Positions 42,123 to 55,136 of a DNA stretch of 64,000 nucleotides are shown here, in pieces; the stretch's first letter is position 1, and every line of letters starts with the position of its first letter. Where the stretch lies: contig OX597830.1 of the NCBI GenBank assembly GCA_951406725.2, positions 1,860,001 through 1,924,000 of the forward strand, in the 5' to 3' direction. Under the pieces are notes generated by a model, which saw only the letters and a program-made list of their open reading frames with translations, did no database searches and had not been told where the DNA came from. Made by a program: the position numbers and the translations under genes. The DNA is from Octopus vulgaris. Lineage: Eukaryota.

Positions 42123-42123
<1 letters not shown>
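40948..42123 (+). mobile_element. R4/Dong fragment no. 5 (thumb, CCHC, RLE)
   Basis: LHPRAGVARLYLPRKEG..GLILVEDC, LKRETE..AAQEQALRTN, CRLCKSKEESI..IVSEC, KRHD, ILRRVLGI*. (TAA)n on both sides (40,901-40,947 and 42,124-42,213). Confidence 0.9.
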
Positions 42124-42213
<90 letters not shown>

Positions 42214-42730
42214 AGTGCTACATTGGAAACTGTGTGAAAAGTGGTAGCTAGAGAGAAGCAGGACGTGGTATAAGCACAGTTCACAGTGAGTGGCAGAGTC
42301 AGAGACTAGCAAAATCTGCTGGGATTTCCCAATCCAAACAGTCCAGACATAGTGGTAGTGGACAAGATGCACTACATATGCTATATAGTTGATGTTGTAT
42401 GCCCCTTTGACCCACAAAAAGTCAAGAAGGAAGGCAAAAAGATAGATAGATACATACCTCTTATTTACAAAATAACCCACCTATGGAAAATGCAGGAGGT
42501 GAAGATAATGCCAATTATTGTTGGGTCCTTGAGAACGGTATAAGGAGGCATCAAGAGGAATATAAAGGAAGTCGGAGTAGAGTGTCCAGTAGAACTGTTG
42601 CAAAAGGTCTGCCTCCTTGGCATGGCCAGAGTAATGTGGAAAGTATTAGGTAAGTGAAAAGAACAGATAGCATGGTACCGTAGCATGCAAGATTCCAGGA
42701 GTTAGAACAAAACATGAGATAAAAAGAGTA
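42214..42730 (+). mobile_element. R4/Dong fragment no. 6 (RLE domain)
   Basis: HWKLC, ICWDFPIQT, PDIVVVDK..IVDVVCPFD..K..KIDRY..PIIVGSL..LLQKVCLLG. Flanked by (TAA)n on both sides. Confidence 0.87.
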
Positions 42731-42751
42731 AATAATAATAATAATGATAAT

Positions 42752-44582
42752 ATCCATCTTCCATGCTGGGATTGGTTGGAGAGTTTGATAAGAGTTAAGC
42801 AAGCCAAACAACTGCACTAGGCTCCAGTCATCTGTTTTGGCATGGTTTCTATGATTGGATGCCCTTTCTAATGCCAACCCCATTACAGAGTTTAGTGGGT
42901 GCTTTTTCCATGATGCCAACAACAGCAGGGTTACCAAGCATCTTGTAGGATGAATGCCTCTCAGCTGGGAGAGGGAGTGGAACAAAGGGAGGTGGCTTTG
43001 TACTAGTTTTAGAATAGCAGAGGGACAGAAATAGTGTTGACAGGATGGAGGAGATACTATGCTACCCAAGAAAGGAGAGGAAGAGATTGAGTTAGATAGA
43101 TAGATAGGTAAATAGAACTAAATGGTGGAAGAGTAGTGAGGAGTATATGGAGGGGGTAGAAGAGTATGTCCCATGAGAGTTGTTTAAAGTTGGGAAAGAA
43201 GTAAGTGGAGGTGAGATGAAATGGAGTGGTTGGAAGTGGAATATGGTAGATGTGTGAGGAGGTGGAGAGTCTACAGGTAGACATGTAAGGGAGAGTAGAG
43301 GCAGATGTAGAATATATGGTGATCATGTGTGGTGTGATAGAGGTGTGTTGGGAAGATGGTTTGAAGGGGGTTGACAGAGGACAGATGGTGTGTATGTGAT
43401 GGGGGAATGGCCATACAGGAGATGCCTGCATGATTTTACTTAGCATGATGTGTATTCTCAAGCACAGCAAATCACCAGAAATCTCAGTCCCTTGTCATCT
43501 CCTCAATGAAACTCAACATCAGAAGATCCTTTTCCACCACTTCCTTTCATAGCTTCCTGGATCTACCTCCTCCACAAGTTCCCTCCACAGGTTCCCTCCA
43601 CTGTTAGAGATCATCACTTACTTATGAAGCTGTTCTCATCAATATGCATCACAAGGCCATACCAGCACACTCTTCTCTCATACGCACAACATCTAATGTC
43701 TCTTACACCCAATTTTTCTCTTAAAACATTTACACTCTGTTGTACATCCAGTGGAGCATGTTTCTATTTTCATTTCTTTCATGTCTTCACTTGTCGCCTG
43801 CAGTTACAGACCATACTGCCATCTTTTGTTGCCATGTAGTACAGATGTCCATATACAGGCATCATTCAATCTGACTTTCACCCTGAAGGAGTGACACTTC
43901 TCTGAACTTTTGCCCAGCCTGTTGTTAATTATCCCAATTACATATTCAGAGCAACCTCCACTGCTGCTAATTTGGTCGTCTAGCAACTGAAAACTATCTG
44001 CTTCCTCTGAGGACTCCCCACTCTGGCAGACATTTGAGACAGTCTACATTCCTTGTGTTTATTGTACCTGCACATCTGACACGCACAAAGTCTCTGTTTG
44101 CTGTTACCTGTGATAATGTTGCACCTATTATGTGTCCATAGCTTGCACCGGATACACCATAAGGAATTTCTAGCTACACCTTTCCCACATTGAGCAGGGG
44201 TCATTTCCCCGAAGAGGTTAGTAATTTGTCTGCTTTCCTACTTACTAAGACTTTGGTTACTGCAAGATCAACCCTAAGTCCTGTTCATTCCAGTCCTTGC
44301 TTCCACACATGAAATTTCTTCTCCAGTTCTTGTAGAGATTCAGTTATATGAAGAAGGTCATCAGAATAGAGGTGCTCCCAAGGGCAACCAGACTTAAATT
44401 TCACTGTTATGGCATGGAGGACTATGAAAAATAAGAGGAGGCTGAAAACTGATCCTTGATGAACTCCTACTTGTACACTATATTCATCGCTAGACACATT
44501 GCTGGCTGCATCCCGGTATATGGCTTCTACGGCTCTCCCCAACATACATCCCTAACTTCCACAATGACCACCAGGTAAGGGA
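42752..44582 (-). mobile_element. Decayed RTE-clade LINE 3' half with a long purine/pyrimidine-skewed 3' region
   Basis: Minus strand VGVHQGSVFSLLLF, LYSDDL, Cys-rich CGKGVARNSLWCIRCKLWTHNRC and RVKVRLNDAC. The 3' end (QPIPAWKM..) matches the 3' end of the copy at 53.6-53.7 kb. Confidence 0.8.
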
Positions 44583-44866
44583 AACGGTAGTTGATGCATC
44601 GGAAAAGAAGAAGGTTTGTATAGATAGTTGGCCAAAATGAATAATAAGAGTAAAGGGATTTTCATTGTTGGAATTTATTGTGAAATCGGTTTTACACACT
44701 CTTCCATATCCATTTCATTCACCCTCTCACTCTCTTTCACTCTCTCACCCTCTTGAACTCTTTCACCCTCCTTCATTCTCTCACCTTTCACTCTTTGTCT
44801 ACTTCTTCTTTCTACTTCTCTCACCTCACTCACTCTCAACCGTTTTTCTTTCTCACTCTCTCATTT

Positions 44867-44909
<43 letters not shown>

Positions 44910-45431
44910 ATCCTCTCTCGTATGAAACATCAAAACAAATATTGCTAAATAAATCTCCAGAAGCCTCAAACCAAACCGTATTCCACAGTCTGCCATCTTC
45001 CTTTCAAACTTCTCCAACTTGTTCACCAGCACTAATTCACAGAATCTATTGTTATGATTAAAGCCATTACCATTGTTACAACCAATTCTTCTAAAGCACT
45101 TTTCTAATCCCGAAACACTCATCACACCTGTTTCTGCTATCATTAATTTCAAGATCACATTGGTTACTCTAAACATGAATTAACTCCTTTCATAAGTTTT
45201 TTGTTCAAAATGGTTTGAAACAGGATCATTAGGAATGGATGCTTTTACGGCAGCTTTAACGAATCTTAAAAGGAGTTCATCTATTTTTTTTTCTTTTTTC
45301 AGATTTCTCCAATATTTACAATTATAGTTTGGATGAATTTTCAAATTTAATTAACATTGAATATAAATATATACTATTATATTACATAAAAATAATTATA
45401 TGTAAAAATATATGAATCTATATATATATGT

Positions 45432-45482
<51 letters not shown>

Positions 45483-46057
45483 GCCACAACAAAATATGCA
45501 TATGATTATATATAATTATATGAATGTATATATCAATAACTATGTAATTGTATATATTGTCTAATGAGATAATTCTATTTATTTGATGCTGAAATCACAA
45601 ATTTTACATTAGTTTCTACATAAAACAGATTGAATCTATTTCCATTGGTGCAGGTAAACGTGTTCAACCACCTCCTCTTCATTACAAGTCTACGTGTTTC
45701 CCTATTGTCATGGATTGGATAACACCTTATGATCTGAATCAGTTCTTATTTGGATTTACTGCCTTTTCCGAACGGACTTTGGGGGTCAAATCTCTCATCC
45801 ATGTTTTCTATAGCTAGGTCCCCAGCCCACTTAACAACAAGCAGCTTACAGAGTTTATGGATATATTTTATCCTATCACCAGCACGAAAGAGGTTGTCTC
45901 ATTGCAGCAACCGTATGTTTCCTTAGTTGATCGATGGTAACATAAGAGACATTGAATAAGAGGCAGAGTGAGAAAAGAGAAACAGTTAAATGTATGGATT
46001 TCGTTTTGGGATTTGGTTTGCAAGATTCTTTATACGAGTTCATGTGTTCAAGTATAT

Positions 46058-46250
46058 ACTGTTGTGTCTGGGGAGAGTCATTTTCTTTTCTTTTCTTTTT
46101 TTTGTGCCTTTCAAAACTATTGAAAATATTGCAAGATGCAACGAAAATTTTAGGAAAATAAAAAAAGGAAAAAAGTGGAAATTTTACCTGTGAGTGTGTT
46201 ATATTATAAAGCACAAAAAAAAGAATATGACTCTCCCCAGACACAACAGT
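46058..46250. repeat. Fold-back element with perfect 24-bp terminal inverted repeats (MITE-like or inverted retroelement terminus)
   Basis: ACTGTTGTGTCTGGGGAGAGTCAT (46,058-46,081) is the exact reverse complement of ATGACTCTCCCCAGACACAACAGT (46,227-46,250). Confidence 0.88.
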
Positions 46251-46358
46251 TATATGTTAGTTGTGGTGAGAGTATTCAACATAAAATTTCCTGAGTGGCA
46301 AGATGGAGGGAGAGAGTGATAGGCAAGGGATGAACAGAATCAATGAAAGGAGGAAATT

Positions 46359-46412
<54 letters not shown>

Positions 46413-46769
46413 TGGATAGGAACAAAAATAGGTGAGGGTAAGAAAATGCTATTAATGGACCCCCCCGTAATAAGTAATTGGAAGGTGAGAGAAGGTCACG
46501 GCTCAGTGGAGAGAGAAGTGGTGGAAAAGTAACAGAAGTTTGCCCTGTTCTATACAAACTCTGGTCAACTGTGACAGAAGAGAGATTAACTGAAAGCATG
46601 AAGAGTTTTGTGATAGTTGAGAAATTAATGACAAGTGGAAGCACAGACCTTCAGGATGGCCATTAGGAAATGCGAACGTATTTGCTTAGTTTATCAGTTG
46701 TCCTTGTTTTTGTTTTTTCAGTTGCTGAGTTTTAAGGAAGGGGCAGAGCCCACGGTATTTGTAGACCTC

Positions 46770-47150
46770 TGATGCCATTAATGCTTCATTTAATCTGTTT
46801 TAAATAAACACCTGCAGGAATGACATATGCAGGGAGGAAATTCTGGAGAGATGATGTTTTGGAGGAAAAAGGATTGGCTGGGATAGCATGTAGATGCATT
46901 AGGAGAAGTGAAGAGACAAATGGAATAGAGGAAGTATGAATGCAGCCTGCTTCAAGGAAGAGATGCCAAAGAGAAGTGTTAAAAAAAAGGGGAGAGAGAG
47001 AGGAGAGAGAGCATGCTTTGTGAGAGAAGTTAAAGTGTGTTGGTGAGTGTTAACATACCAAATAGCAGAAGAAAACAAGGGACTGGTGAGGATGAGACAT
47101 TTAATTTGGGTAAGCCTGTTAATCCTTTGAAACCATTCCAAATCTGTTAC
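46770..47150 (-). mobile_element. Possible very old CR1/L2-type LINE 3' fragment
   Basis: Minus-strand remnants resembling the SFF..T...WN.LP...FK C-terminal motif; many disruptions. Confidence 0.3.
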
Positions 47151-47167
47151 ATTCACTTTTTTTTTAT

Positions 47168-47361
47168 TATCCACAAGGGGACAGACAAGGACAGACAAAT
47201 GGATTAAGTCAATTACATCGACCCCAGTGCGTAACTGGTACTTTATTTATTGACCTCGAAAGGATGAAAGGCAAAGTTGACCTCAGCGGAATTTGAACTC
47301 AGAATGTAGCGGCAGACGAAATACTGCTAAGCATTTCGCCTGGCATGCTAACGATTCTGCC
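47168..47361 (-). mobile_element. tRNA-derived SINE
   Basis: Minus strand ggcagaatcgttagc (A-box-like) and gagttcaaattcc (B-box). Related copies at about 32.25-32.37 kb and 40.3-40.7 kb. Confidence 0.8.
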
Positions 47362-48002
47362 TTATTTCATTCCCTTTTAACATCAGTACAAACTCTGATT
47401 AAGTCATCTGTCAAATATGATCTATTCTGAAGAATATTTAAAGATGTTGGATATTTTGTGAAGGTCTTTTACACACACGGAATGCTTCTCACCTGCTAAG
47501 ACCTAGCCAGTAAATAATAACAAGAATGTTACCCATTTACAGTTAAGGTAAATTGAGTAATTGCATGTTAAAGGGCAGACTTTAATGCTTTTGCCACAGT
47601 TTAAGGTTTCTTGATTTTGATTTAGAAGCAGAACGTTCATTATTCCCCCTCCGCTACAGCACATACATCACATCGAAATGCAAATCATATATCTTTCCAT
47701 ATTTACATCTCTCAAATAGATTATACAAGAATATTACATAAAATTCTGCTAGGCTGTATTAGCATTAACTATCGCCCAATATATTTGAACATTTCAGTTA
47801 CTCCTCCTTATCAGAAGACCACATAGTTAATATGCCAACAGCTTATTAAGATTAAATCTTTTTCTCACTCACAATAGACATAATTATCTTATCTATCAGG
47901 CTACACTGGCTTCCTTAAAGCTTTTTTACACTCATTTAATAACTATTATGTATGAAATATTATTAATATTTTTATTATATGTTTGACTCACCCAGAGACC
48001 TA

Positions 48003-48005
<3 letters not shown>

Positions 48006-48057
<52 letters not shown>

Positions 48058-48059
48058 CA

Positions 48060-48118
<59 letters not shown>

Positions 48119-48152
48119 GTTCTTCTTCTTATTTTCATTATTATTATTTTTA

Positions 48153-48205
<53 letters not shown>

Positions 48206-48240
48206 GATAATGATGATGATGATGAGGAGGAGGATGAGCT
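48006..48240. repeat. (TTA)n compound microsatellite
   Basis: Direct sequence. Confidence 0.97.
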
Positions 48241-49082
48241 TTTCTGTTATTGCCAGAAGGACGCTGGATGGAGTGAGGGGGAGTGCATGGGAGATTATAA
48301 TAAGCTTTATTACACAAAGATTGTGGCATTATTTAAAACCCTTCCATTGAAATCATGCAAATTATTTTGGAGAAAGTAAAATAAATCAATCATGGATATG
48401 TGAAATAAATCTACATATATTGAAATGGTAATGGCAATTATTACCAATAAATTCGTTATTGATTAATAATGAACATGAAATGAAGAAGAATAAGAAGGGA
48501 ATCCATATGTATAGCAACAACACCAACATGAAAGACATTTATGAAATTATATTTAAATTGACACTATAAAGAATTTATATATGTGCATGTGTGTGTAGAT
48601 ATATATATATGCATCCATACACATCCATACATTCATACATAGATGCACAAATACACACACACACATGCATAGATACACAAACATACCAACATTACATATA
48701 TGCTCGTGTGTGGATATATGTCTATATATATATATATACATATATATAATTATGTATATATATATACATATATATATACATATAATTATATATATATATA
48801 TATATAGACAAATACTGTATGTGAGTGTGTGTGCATGTGAGTGTGTCTTTATGTTTGTAAGTATGTAGAGGTAAATAGAAAGAGAGACGTTCTTTTTCTT
48901 TTATTAAAATTTTTTTTATTAGTTCTCTTCCCAACATATCAAAAGGAATAATTGAAGTATAATTTCAAATACAAAATTGCCACATTTGTTTCAAGCCATC
49001 TTCAGATTTACACACATGTACACACACACACTCACATACACACACACACACACACAAACTTAAATACATATATACATATATA

Positions 49083-49162
<80 letters not shown>

Positions 49163-49172
49163 TATGTTAATT

Positions 49173-49207
<35 letters not shown>

Positions 49208-49310
49208 ATGTGTGTGTGTGTGTGTGTATTTATATGCTTGTATGTATTTATGTATGTATGTATGTATGAATGTATGTAAGTATACTCATGTATTCCTGTA
49301 AACTTTCCAG

Positions 49311-49360
49311 GCTACTAAAATGGATAAAGATCACAGAAGATCATAAATTTGACACACCAG
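49311..49360 (+). CDS. Candidate 50-bp internal coding exon (LLKWIKITEDHKFDTP) of an unidentified host gene
   Basis: Acceptor aactttccag|G and donor CAG|gtaaac. Only one frame is open. Complex sequence within microsatellite-rich, intron-like DNA. Confidence 0.45.
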
Positions 49361-49725
49361 GTAAACACGAAATTTTAAATCAGAAAACTGAAAAATTCTC
49401 TTTACATTTCCAAAATGATATTATCAATCATTCATTATTCATTCAATCTTTATTCTAATTGTATAACTTCTCCTTCATCTATCACTTAATATCGTTTTTG
49501 CTGTCTACTTCTCTTTTTTTTTTTCACCATTTATTTTTTGCTTTTACTATATTTTGGCATTTTTCACATTTTACAAATCATTAAAAGGTGAACTGCTTAC
49601 AAGGTGTTACTAGTCTTCATTCTAGAATTTAAACATGATTTATATTTCTGATATATCTAGACAAGACTGTTAAAGTAGTTTACTTGTTTATTTCATTATT
49701 CATTCATTTTTATTTTCATTATTAA

Positions 49726-49730
<5 letters not shown>

Positions 49731-49802
<72 letters not shown>

Positions 49803-49863
49803 GCTGTTGTTGTTGTTGTTATTGTTGTTGTTGTTGTTATTGTTGTTGTTGTTGTTATTATTG
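49731..49863. repeat. (TTA)n-(TTG)n compound microsatellite
   Basis: Direct sequence. Confidence 0.97.
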
Positions 49864-50428
49864 TCACTTATTTGTTTGGTTTTTCATTCCATCTTAATAT
49901 GAATAAATCATGTGCAAAATTTTGATATTAAATCTTAAAAAAGAAAAAACAAAACAATTTCTTTTTTCTTCAAAACAAATTATTTCGATGGGAATAACAT
50001 AATACAAAAATGGTAAAATAATATTTCTTTTGTCATTTTTCTATATTTCTTTTATAACTTTCTGAAATTAAATATTACAATTGCATTTGAAATAAATTCC
50101 ATGTTATATGAGAATCAAATTCCAAAATGCTTTAGTGTTTCTGGATTCACAAGGACAAACAGAGATATTCAATGATGATTAAATAAATTAGAATTTATTC
50201 TATAGATTTTCACATCAGACAAACAAGGAACCATTTTGACAAATAATCAAAATGTTTCCAGAGGAACTGGTGATATTCTTGCATTAAAAACTAAATATTC
50301 TTAGGTGTGGTTAAAAAGTTTACATCAATGAAGTCTGAAACATGTCAGTACAATCTCTTTTTATTGTTGTGTGTACAAAGAGAATAACTTGATGTTGTTT
50401 AAAGTTTAGAAATGGTGGTTTCATTATT

Positions 50429-50597
50429 TTAACTCTTTAGAATTCAGATTACTCAGTCAAGCGTAGCTTTGAGATTTCCATGATGTGGTTGTTTATTTTT
50501 AGAAAGACATTGTAGGGTAGGTGTGAGAGGCTGGATCTGGTCAGTCTGAACATAAAACCAGTAGAATACTTGAACTGGATGAAAATTAAAGGATTAA
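50429..50597. mobile_element. Short MITE bounded by TTAA (piggyBac-type target site)
   Basis: Ends ttaactcttta and taaaggattaa are imperfect inverted termini including TTAA. The interior resembles a common octopus MITE (recall). Confidence 0.5.
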
Positions 50598-51442
50598 ACT
50601 TATCCTAGGTTTTCTGCAAAAGCTCAGCTGTACATAAGAATATTCTTATGTGATTGTCCATGGCATTAAGGCTTTGATTTGTTAAATAAAATAGTCAATT
50701 GATCAGGAATTATAGTTTATTTATGACTTGTTTACACAGTTACAACCTGGTTCCTGTTCAAACTGAGAACATATTTTTCGAACAAGGTCAAATATTTTAA
50801 AAACAATTTTTTTCCCTCAACCATGAGCATCAACTCTGAAATGCCAGTGTTTTTTAATCTTTGCAACACACTAACTTATTCCACTCCTAAATTTTGGTGA
50901 TTATGCAACAGGGCTTCCCGTTTGGTCACAGCCATTCTTGCTAATTCTTCAATAACAATTCTAAACATATTGGATACATACTAAAACAAAATAACATCTG
51001 TTCATAGCAACACATCCACAGCAGCAGAAGAAAAAGGCCGGAAGAAATACAATGATCTACCATGGAGGATGTAGGTGGATGGAGGTAGGTTAGCCTGGAT
51101 TGAGGAGACCTTATAATCTAAAGTATTCCAACCATGACCATTTCAACATTTCACATACAATATCCTTTGCATTTTTAAAAAATAAGTGGTCGAATGTGTT
51201 TAGAAGGAATTTGGCAGTCCCTTCTAACTTATTTAGCGACCATTTAAATGGTGTTCAGTAAAAGAACTCAGAAGACATCCATAAACATTTATCTTTTAAA
51301 GATGTGATTTTCTTATGAAAATTCCATATTTATTTCAACTTCAGCTTATAGAAGCATAAAATGGTTGAAATGGCTCCTTTTAGATTTTTTTTTGTAATGT
51401 TTCTTTTTTTACCATATTTGTCATTGTGAATTTCTTCTTCAG

Positions 51443-51582
51443 AATCCACATCATATAATATCTGTAGAGCAGGCAGTGATACCTGTCAAGATTTGTATAT
51501 TTATTCCAGCTTCTTATATCCAAGTGATTCTATTGAACGTATCTGTCCTCAGTACTTGTATTGGCAATCAAAACAGCAGTGA
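51443..51582 (+). CDS. Candidate coding exon ((E)STSYNICRAGSDTCQDLYIYSSFLYPSDSIERICPQYLYWQSKQQ*)
   Basis: Acceptor tttcttcttcag|, phase-compatible with exon 49,311-49,360, 45 open codons, and donor-like gtgagg/gtgagc at the end. Confidence 0.4.
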
Positions 51583-52584
51583 GGTGAGCAATAAAAAGAA
51601 TATTGTTCTCCAGAGACACAGCACTTTCTTTTCCAGAGAAGATCATAGTATTTATCTTTTACAGGGATGTTATATAAGACAGTATTTGCTGATGCAATCA
51701 AACTTTCTTAGTTGTGAGGTGTGATGGAAGAGGAATGTGTTTGGGTTGGTTTTAATATGTTCACAGGAAATATACTCCATTTTAAAGGAGTTGCAAAAGT
51801 AAAAAAAACCCACAAAAATCAAGAAAGCAAAATGAAGGTAAAATAAAATGAAACAATGTAGGATAAAAGTCTGCAAAAGTCTCTGATATTGGAAGCAAAT
51901 TATATTGTAGAGTAAAAGGCTTTACAGAGGTTGTTTCTATTCGGTTCATAAATGATATTTGGGAAAATGTATAAATATATTTATCACAAAAGGTCAGATT
52001 CTCATGCTGATTTTACTATTTAAAGTGCCACTTTCAGTCGTGATATTCTTGTCTTTCTTAATATATTCATTCCTCTAAGAGTAGTTAATGTTATTAGTAA
52101 GTGTATGAGATAAAGTTATTGAGTTGATAAAAGTTCAATTCCTGATGAAGACAACTGGGAAACGTTGTAGCATACAAAATACCAATTTTGAAGAATTAAT
52201 ATATTTTTCTGAATAAATTTACATATAGATACTTCATTATAAATACACACACTCTCTCTCTCTGTCTTTCTCTCTCAATGCTTACTTTATACAAGTTACC
52301 AACAATGCACAAGATATAGAAAGGAATAAAACCTCAGTCTGTTATACAGTAGTTCCAATCTACTTCTTCTCTGCCTTTCTTTCTTTCTCCCCATCTGTTC
52401 CCCTGTCTCAGGGTTCCATGAACAAAAGAAGACAAATCAAACTTAGTCAGGGTGTGTTTCAGGCTGTTAAGTATAAGAGATAGATACATAGATAAAGAGA
52501 GAGAGAGAGAGAGAGAGAGAAAGTGAGAGAGAGAGAGAGAAAACAGAGACAGAGAAAGAGAGAAAGAGAGAAAGAGAGGGTCTT

Positions 52585-53745
52585 GTGGTTCAGCTTCAAG
52601 GCATGAATGTAGACAACCATATAAAGAAATGCCAATTGCTGAAAGTGGATGGCATTTGTAGAAGAGGGAGAGCCAGGAAGACATAGGATGAAGTAGTGAG
52701 GACCGGTTTTAGGGTGTTGGGACTCATGGAGAAGATGACAATGACCTGAGATGGCTGGTGATACGTGGCTCTTGAGAAGCCCCATGCACCTCAGTTCTGG
52801 GTGTGCTGTGTCTTGCCCCCACATGTACCAATAAAAAATAAAAGATTTCCCACACCCAACCCCAACAAACCAAACTACATCTCCTCTTCTCTTCTCTTCC
52901 TCACATTTCTTCTTTTCAATACACTAAGTTTATGCCTATCTCTCCTGCCTCAATCCTGTCCTTGCTGTCCTGCTCCCTGTATTACTGCTATCTTCTTGTC
53001 CTTCACTTCCCCCTATATGCCTACGTTTCATGAGTAAGTGCATTCCCCCACCCCACCCCAACCCCACCCCCATACTTTTTGCATTCATGACAATTCCCTA
53101 CTCCCTACTCATGCACCCTTGGCAATACACTACCATCCCATTTATATTCTGATCCCTGTACCACCACTTTTCTCTTGCTCTCTCTTGCACTCTCACCCTC
53201 TCGTTCTCTTCTTCTCTCTCTCTTTCTCATTCTTGATCACTCTCTTTCTCTCTCTCTCCCTCTCCCTCTCCCCTCTCTCTTGCTCTCTCCCTCTGAACTG
53301 GGTAATCATGTCTCTCCTCTACAGCAAGACACCTGTTTATATCCCTCTGTCACAATCTAACCCCTCATCACCTGGCACAAAGCAACCTCCTCCAAAACCT
53401 CCTGGGCCTCCACCTCTCTAAGGATCTTTGTTTTGCAGGTTGCTTGGTAACCATACCAGTGCTGATGCATTACATTCACACTATAAAGTGGTTGGTGTTT
53501 GGAAGTGCATCCAGTAGTAAAAACCATTCCAAAACAGGCCTCCCCCTGTGCTGGTGCCATGTGAAAAGCACTCAGTCCCCTCTGCAAGGTGGTTGGTGTT
53601 AGGAAGGGTATCCAGCCGTAAAAATGGTTAGTGAAGCCTGGTGCAGTCTTCTGCCTGGTCAGCCTATCAAACTATCCAACCCATACCAGCATGGAAAATT
53701 GGAAAATGGAAATTACATCATGATGATGATGACAATGATGATGAT
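52585..53745 (+). mobile_element. RTE-clade LINE 3' end with CT-rich 3' region and (GAT)n tail
   Basis: KKCQLLKVDGICRRGRARKT*DEVV (the GRPRKTW motif), a shared 3' terminus with the minus-strand copy at 42.75 kb, and a (gat)n tail at about 53,720-53,745. Confidence 0.75.
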
Positions 53746-54404
53746 GCACACACACACACACACATAATATTTTATAGATGTCTGTATATAAGCCAATGTA
53801 ACTTTTATTTACAATATCAAGTATTAACACTGTTGCCTGTAAAAAGGCCTTCATGAAACAACTGAAGTGAAACAATTTGGATTTATGTTATGCATTGATA
53901 TTATATAACAACAATATTGATCCAACAAAAATAAGAACAAAGGTTAACTGCCATGAAAACTTTAAGAGAAATACAATATTTAATGACCACAAAACTGAAT
54001 TTATGATTATGCCCTTGATTATAATTTCAGTTTTACCAAGACAGTTTTCCATTTTATCTCTATTCTATATTCCAGAAAATAAACAACCAAAATTAGTCAA
54101 TGAGTACAAACATTCAATTCTCTTTTGTCTGAGATATTTATTACCAACTCCTGCTGACACCCAATAAATGGTTTATTTTACATATTCCTCTGATGGGGAA
54201 TCGGCAACCATTTTTTCGCTTTGGAAGGTGTTAAAAAACATGTACTAATAGCAGAAGGTGTGATTAATAAACTGTATTGTCAATGGAATTTACTAACTTT
54301 CTTCATTAATGAATATGTATTGATCGATTTTTCTATCTAAAGTAATTTCCATATTTCCAGTGTGGTGTATTAATGAAAAAGTATTATACAAACATATGGA
54401 GATG

Positions 54405-54485
<81 letters not shown>

Positions 54486-54489
54486 CTAT

Positions 54490-55053
54490 TTTCATCATTC
54501 TTGTGGCTATGGCAAAAGAATGTATCTGGTGGATGCGTCTGAAAGGATTGGAGACAAACCCTTTCCTCACTGGTCAATCTCTCATCAACTTCTTCAAGTA
54601 TCACTTGAAAAGGAGAGTTAGAGTAGAGAGGCAAGTTTTGTCTAGCGAATGTTTTAAAAAAAGATGGCTGAATGTAGCACAGATGGCACGAAGCCACCTT
54701 GAGCATAATCCTATGAACCCGGAAAATTGAAAACAGAGAGTTACCTACTTGCAAACAAATGTGGTAACATATAACATCATTGACCGAGGTTACCATGGAC
54801 TTTTCCATAGGCTTTTCTTCCCATGGATGAACCTTATCTGCTTCCCCCTTCACACTTTACACCATGACACTGTGATACATGATCCCTATTGATCGTTTTC
54901 TTCCCCCCTTTTTTTTCTTCCTTCCCTTTTACGATCCCTTTTGATCGAAAACCTAACCCACCATTTTTTTTCTTTTCTCTCCCCCAAAAAGAAAAGCTCT
55001 ACTTTGTAATCTGTCCCGTCTGTATGCAGCCCTGTGTGGCTAATAAAGAAACA
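54490..55053 (+). mobile_element. 5'-truncated L1/Tx1-like LINE (ORF2 C-terminus and 3'UTR) inside (TATC)n
   Basis: AMAKECIWWMRLK..LINFFKYHLKRRVRVER..FKKRW resembles Tx1 ORF2 ends. AATAAA at 55,042. (TATC)n lies directly on both flanks. Confidence 0.6.
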
Positions 55054-55062
55054 TATCTATCC

Positions 55063-55136
<74 letters not shown>

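Noticed and set aside
45610-45820. Open frame IESISIGAGKRVQPPPLHY.. with a donor-like gcag|gtaaac
   Set aside because: No recognisable homology and no phase-consistent link to the 49.3-kb exon.
52138-52175. CTGATGA...GAAA resembling a second hammerhead
   Set aside because: Stems I, II and III do not pair.
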